NCBI GenBank assembly: GCA_937872895.1
Contig: CALMUP010000005.1
Coordinates: 1-64,000, forward strand
Direction of reading: 5' to 3'
Length of the DNA: 64,000 nucleotides
DNA from: an uncultured Verrucomicrobiota bacterium
Lineage (GTDB): Bacteria; Verrucomicrobiota; Kiritimatiellia; CAIVKH01
Notes under the pieces: model-generated
Databases searched by the model: none
The model's input: the letters and a program-made list of their open reading frames with translations, nothing else
Told to the model about the DNA's origin: nothing
Translations under genes and position numbers: made by a program
Shown here: one piece after another, positions 59,922 to 64,000 of the stretch
Layout: each line of letters begins with the position of its first letter
How positions within the stretch are numbered: the first letter of the stretch is position 1

Positions 59922-61409
59922 ATGATGACCAACCGCACATTGCTGGCCGGATTTCATGATCCCGACGATCGTGTCGAGTCGCACATGATCGAGGAGATCG
60001 ATGCCGCGCTGGGCCATCCGCCGCGGCTGGACCTCCCGGTCGGCACGATGATCTTCCGGCAGGATGACCCGCTCGACGGCATCTACATCCTGATCGATGG
60101 CAAGGTGTCGCTGTTCCAGTTGATCGACGGAAAGGAGGTCATCTTCCACTCCCAGACCGTCGGCCGCATCCTCGGCCTGCTCGCCCTGACCCGCCAGAGC
60201 CGTTCGTTCTTTCACTGCCGCGCCGTCACCCCGGTCACCTTGCTGAAGATCAGTTTCGCCGACCTCGACCGCGCCCTGCAGCAGAGCGACTCGCTGCTGG
60301 TGTCGTTCATCACCGTGCTGTTGCGATCTATGGCCCGGCGCAACAAGCGGCTGGTCGAGCTGCAGACCGAGGTGCTCGGCCTGAACAAGAGCCTGGCCAG
60401 CGAGCGCGACACCCTGGCCAGGACCCTGCGTGAACTGCGCAAGGCGCAGGCCCTGCTGGTCGAATCGGAAAAGATGGCCACCCTCGGCCAGTTGTCCGCC
60501 GGCGTGGCCCACGAACTGAACAACCCCGTGGCGGCGATCCAGCGCGCCGCCGACTTTGTTCACCAGGACCTGCTCCAGATGGTCGCCGACCTGCCCGACG
60601 CCACCACCTACCGCGCCATGCTCGACCGCTCGTTCACCCAGGCCCCGCTCTCCACCCGCGAGCAACGCGAACGGCGACGCGAACTCGCCACCGAACTCGT
60701 CGATGAAGCCCTCGCCGAACGCCTCGTCGCCATCGGCATTACCGACGCCGCCGCCTACCACGACCTTGTTGCAACATGGCGCGGATCGGCCGGCGACCAC
60801 ATCACCCGCCTCGAGCGCATGCACCAGCTCGGTGGCGCACTGCGCAACATCGTGCGCTGTGCCGACCGGATCGGCGGCCTGGTCAAGAGCCTGCGCGCCT
60901 ACGCCCGTGCCGACCACGACGAGGCCGTCGCCATCAACCTGCACGAAGGACTTGATGACACCCTTCGCCTGTTCACCAACCGGATGCGCGAGGTGATCGT
61001 CGAACGCGACTTCGGCGACCTCCCTCCGGTGCGCGGCCTTTCCGGAGAATTGAACCAGGTCTGGACAAACCTGATCGCCAACGCCCTCGACGCGATGAAA
61101 AACCAGGGCCGCCTGGTCATCGCCACCCGCGCCCTGCCCGACGGCCTGGTCTCGGTCAGCGTGATCGATGACGGACCCGGTATCGCCCCGGAAAACCTCG
61201 ACAAGATCTTCAACCTCCGTTTCACCACCCGGCAGGGACGCGTCGAGTTCGGCCTCGGCCTCGGCCTGTCCATCAGCCGCAACATCGTCACCCGCCACGG
61301 CGGCTCGATCTCCGTCGAGTCCCGCCCCGGCCGCACTGAATTCTGCGTCAAACTTCCGGTGTCGCGACCGGACCCCACCCTTTCCAACCAGCAGGAGCCC
61401 GAGCCATGA
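59922..61409 (+). CDS. Sensor histidine kinase with N-terminal cyclic-nucleotide-binding (cNMP) domain
   Basis: cNMP-like beta-roll ('GTMIFRQDDPLDGIYILIDGKV'), HisKA ('GVAHELNNP'), HATPase_c (N/G1/G2 boxes). Confidence 0.8.
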   Translation: MMTNRTLLAGFHDPDDRVESHMIEEIDAALGHPPRLDLPVGTMIFRQDDPLDGIYILIDGKVSLFQLIDGKEVIFHSQTVGRILGLLALTRQSRSFFHCRAVTPVTLLKISFADLDRALQQSDSLLVSFITVLLRSMARRNKRLVELQTEVLGLNKSLASERDTLARTLRELRKAQALLVESEKMATLGQLSAGVAHELNNPVAAIQRAADFVHQDLLQMVADLPDATTYRAMLDRSFTQAPLSTREQRERRRELATELVDEALAERLVAIGITDAAAYHDLVATWRGSAGDHITRLERMHQLGGALRNIVRCADRIGGLVKSLRAYARADHDEAVAINLHEGLDDTLRLFTNRMREVIVERDFGDLPPVRGLSGELNQVWTNLIANALDAMKNQGRLVIATRALPDGLVSVSVIDDGPGIAPENLDKIFNLRFTTRQGRVEFGLGLGLSISRNIVTRHGGSISVESRPGRTEFCVKLPVSRPDPTLSNQQEPEP

Positions 61410-61888
61410 ACCGTATCGTCATCGTTTGCGTGGAAGATGAAGCCGAAGTCCGCGAAGCCGTCGTGCGCGACCTCGCACCGTTCAAACCCCTGTTCCGCAT
61501 CGAGGCTGCCGAAGATGTAGAGGACGCCCTCGCCGTGCTGCGTGAAGTGGCCGTCGACGAGGAACCGGTCGGCCTCGTCCTCTGCGACCACCTGCTTCCC
61601 GGCAAGCGTGGCGTGGACTTCCTGATCGACCTCCAGAACAACCCCGCCTACCAGACCACCCGCAAGGTGCTGATCACCGGCCAGGCCGGCCTCGACGACA
61701 CCGTGCGCGCCGTGAACCAGGCCCGCCTGAACCACTACATCGCCAAACCCTGGCAACCCGCCGACCTCCAAGCCGTGGTGCGCAAGGAATTGACCGACTA
61801 CGTGCTCGCCACCCAGGACAGTCTGATCCCCTACATCGCCATCCTCGACGGCCCCCGCCTGCTCGACGCCATCGCCCAGCGCGGCTAG
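61406..61888 (+). CDS. Response regulator (receiver domain only)
   Basis: Receiver fold with phospho-acceptor 'LVLCDHLLPG' and 'ITGQA'; overlaps the kinase stop by 4 nt. Confidence 0.8.
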   Translation: MNRIVIVCVEDEAEVREAVVRDLAPFKPLFRIEAAEDVEDALAVLREVAVDEEPVGLVLCDHLLPGKRGVDFLIDLQNNPAYQTTRKVLITGQAGLDDTVRAVNQARLNHYIAKPWQPADLQAVVRKELTDYVLATQDSLIPYIAILDGPRLLDAIAQRG

Positions 61889-61927
61889 GCCCGCCGAACC
61901 ACCGCGCCCCCCGCCCGACCCGCCAAT

Positions 61928-61941
61928 CCCGGCCGGCCGGG
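61928..61941 (+). terminator. Possible terminator hairpin after the response regulator (weak)
   Basis: Palindrome CCCGGCCGGCCGGG followed by ..CATTTCC; poor U-tract. Confidence 0.3.
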
Positions 61942-62016
61942 CTAACCATTTCCTGCCAATTCGGGATTTGTATTCCGGGCCGGGTGCGTTTATGAGTACG
62001 TGCGGGAAAAACGCTT

Positions 62017-63426
62017 ATGCACGCACGACGCACCAAAATCATCGCGACCATCGGGCCGGCCACCTGGTCGCCGGAAAACCTCGAGAAACTGGTTTCCGCC
62101 GGCATGGACATCGCCCGCATCAACATGAGCCATGCCTCGGCCGACCAAGCCCGGGAAACCTGCCAGCGCGTCCGCGCGGTCGCCGACAAGGTCGGCCGAC
62201 GCGTCGGCGTGCTGATGGACCTGCAGGGTCCGGCCATCCGCACCGGCGAAGTGAAGGTCGCCCTCGACCTCAAGCCCGGCGAAACCATCGCCCTGACCGT
62301 GCGTGGCGAAGTGTCGGAGGAACAGCACTCCGTCGACGTGAACTACGACGACCTGGTCGATGACATCAAGGTCGGCGACGTCGTCCTCGTCGACAACGGC
62401 ACCATCCAGCTGAAGGTGCTCGAGAAGAAACGCAACCAGCTCAAGTGCGAGGTCCTGACCCAGGGCACGCTGGGCAGCCGCCGCCACATCAACCTGCCGG
62501 GGGTCCGGGTCAACCTGCCCGCCCTGACCGAGAAGGACATCACCGACGTCGAGCTCGGCATCGAGATCGGGGTGGACTTCATCGCCATGTCCTTCTGCCG
62601 CGAGGCCGAGGACGTGATGAAGCTGAAGGCAATCCTCGACTACCGCCGCGCCCACCAGAAGGTCATCGCCAAGCTCGAGGACCAGGAGGGCGTGCGCAAC
62701 CTGATCTCCATCATCGACGAGGCCGACGGCATCATGGTCGCCCGCGGCGACCTCGGCATCGAGGTCCCCTACGAGGAACTCCCGATCATCCAGCGCCGCA
62801 TCGTCAAGAGCTGCATCATCCGCGGCAAGCCGGTGATCGTGGCCACCCATATGCTCGAATCGATGATCGAGAACCCGTCCCCGACCCGCGCCGAGATCAC
62901 CGACGTGTCGAACGCGGTCTTCGAACAGGCCGACGCGATCATGCTCTCCGGTGAAACCTCGGTCGGCAAGTACCCGGTGAAGTGCATCGAGATCATGGAC
63001 CGCATCGCCCAGCGCGTCGAACGCAGCGGCGGCGCGAACTACGCCGAAATGGCCCGGATGGACAGCCTCGGGGCGAAGATGGTGAAGGCCGCGAACGTCA
63101 TGGCCCAGGAAGTCGGCGCGGAAGCGCTGGTCGTCTTCACCCGTTCCGGCAACATGGCCCGCAACGCAGCGTGGCTGCGCCCGATCCACACCCCGCTGTA
63201 TGCCTTCACCGACAACCCGAAACTGCTGAACCAGCTCACCCTGAACTGGGGCATCCGACCCTACATGATGGCCTTCGAGCAGGACCCCGCGAAGAACTTC
63301 GAACGCGCCATCGTGACCTTGAAGCAGCAGGGCCTGGTCAAGCCGGGCAGCCACGTCGTGGCCGTCACCGAGATCAACATCGGCGGCCAGCTGATCGACA
63401 CCATCCTGATGGAAACCGTCGAGTAG
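62017..63426 (+). CDS. pyk: Pyruvate kinase
   Basis: 'RRTKIIATIGPA' N-terminus, 'MVARGDLGIE' active-site motif, full length. Confidence 0.9.
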   Translation: MHARRTKIIATIGPATWSPENLEKLVSAGMDIARINMSHASADQARETCQRVRAVADKVGRRVGVLMDLQGPAIRTGEVKVALDLKPGETIALTVRGEVSEEQHSVDVNYDDLVDDIKVGDVVLVDNGTIQLKVLEKKRNQLKCEVLTQGTLGSRRHINLPGVRVNLPALTEKDITDVELGIEIGVDFIAMSFCREAEDVMKLKAILDYRRAHQKVIAKLEDQEGVRNLISIIDEADGIMVARGDLGIEVPYEELPIIQRRIVKSCIIRGKPVIVATHMLESMIENPSPTRAEITDVSNAVFEQADAIMLSGETSVGKYPVKCIEIMDRIAQRVERSGGANYAEMARMDSLGAKMVKAANVMAQEVGAEALVVFTRSGNMARNAAWLRPIHTPLYAFTDNPKLLNQLTLNWGIRPYMMAFEQDPAKNFERAIVTLKQQGLVKPGSHVVAVTEINIGGQLIDTILMETVE

Positions 63427-63433
63427 CCGCGCC

Positions 63434-64000
63434 GATGAACGGGCCACCTCCCAGTTCTGCCCCGTCGCGCCTCCGCGAACTCGTGGCGCCCCCCCTCATC
63501 GCCCTCGCCCTCGCCGCGTTGTTCCTGGCCACGTTCTTCTGGCCGTTGCCGCGGCACCTGCGCGACGGCATCGTCGAGAACACCCAGCCACCCGGCCACC
63601 CGGCGCTGATCCAACCGGTCAGCCCCGGCGACCCGCTCCAGTTGATGTACCACTTCTGGAAATTCACCGACATGCTGTCCGGCCACACCCCGTGGTTCCA
63701 CAACATCTACGAATTCAACACTGGCGACGATGCCGACCGCTACGAACCCTCCACCTACTATTTCCCGTTCTCGCTGTTCTTCGCGATCGGCTTCTGGATC
63801 GACGGCCACGCCGCCGGCTGGAACCTCGCGAGTTTTCTTTCGATCGCCCTCACCCTGTGGCTGACCTTCCTGCTGGCGCGCCGCTACACCGGCCACCCCG
63901 CTGCGGCCTGGGCCTGCGCCCTGCTGGCCATGGCCCTGCCCTACCGCTGGCTCTCCCTCGGTGGCGGCAGTCCGACCGGCTTCACCATGGCCTGGATCCC
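63434..64000 (+). CDS. Polytopic membrane protein, 5' part (truncated by window end)
   Basis: Start 8 nt after the pyk stop; multiple TM helices; no family assigned. Confidence 0.4.

Overview
High-GC (roughly 65-70%) bacterial chromosomal segment. The gene content (a DUF1800/DUF1501 pair, many Tat-signal exported proteins, a TolQRAB-Pal cluster) is suggestive of the Planctomycetota/Verrucomicrobiota group. All calls are by eye from the sequence and the ORF track; no searches were run.

The backbone is ordinary housekeeping:
- lpxD.
- A flotillin/NfeD pair.
- A TlpA-like thioredoxin, a YceI-like protein and a Tat-exported metallophosphoesterase.
- A DUF1800/DUF1501 pair with a downstream pseudopilin-like gene.
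- dnaK-groES-groEL.
- An HD-hydrolase/thioredoxin/THUMP-methyltransferase/alkaline-phosphatase-family operon.
- An FeS-BCP-type photolyase.
- A UbiA-family prenyltransferase, HPr, and a TraB/GumN-family protein.
- rfbB, rfbC and rfbA.
- A MocR-type regulator.
- tRNA-Ala(CGC).
- Two phosphohexomutases.
- tatA/tatC.
- tolQ-tolR-tolA-tolB-pal.
- thiO/thiG.
- A DASS transporter with a cNMP-binding histidine kinase and response regulator.
- Pyruvate kinase.

The standout is a low-GC island of about 7.2 kb (18551-25762) inserted at the 3' end of groEL and flanked by perfect 160-bp direct repeats that each carry the groEL terminator and its last ~31 codons. Its cargo is a 1593-aa DUF4011/SF1-helicase/Vsr-like-nuclease/DUF3320 protein (Hhe-like defence architecture) plus two overlapping ORFs of unknown function. 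No integrase is visible. A third, 27-bp partial copy of the same terminator lies further left and brackets a vapBC toxin-antitoxin islet, so the groEL terminator looks like a repeatedly used integration site.

Other notable items:
- A GIY-YIG nuclease mini-element with 127-bp direct repeats beside tRNA-Ala.
- Heptamer repeat arrays upstream of dnaK.
- A phosphohexomutase paralog lacking the catalytic Ser.
- A phosphatase/exonuclease operon.
- A metallothionein-like secreted peptide.
- A structured ~500-bp non-coding region at the window start.
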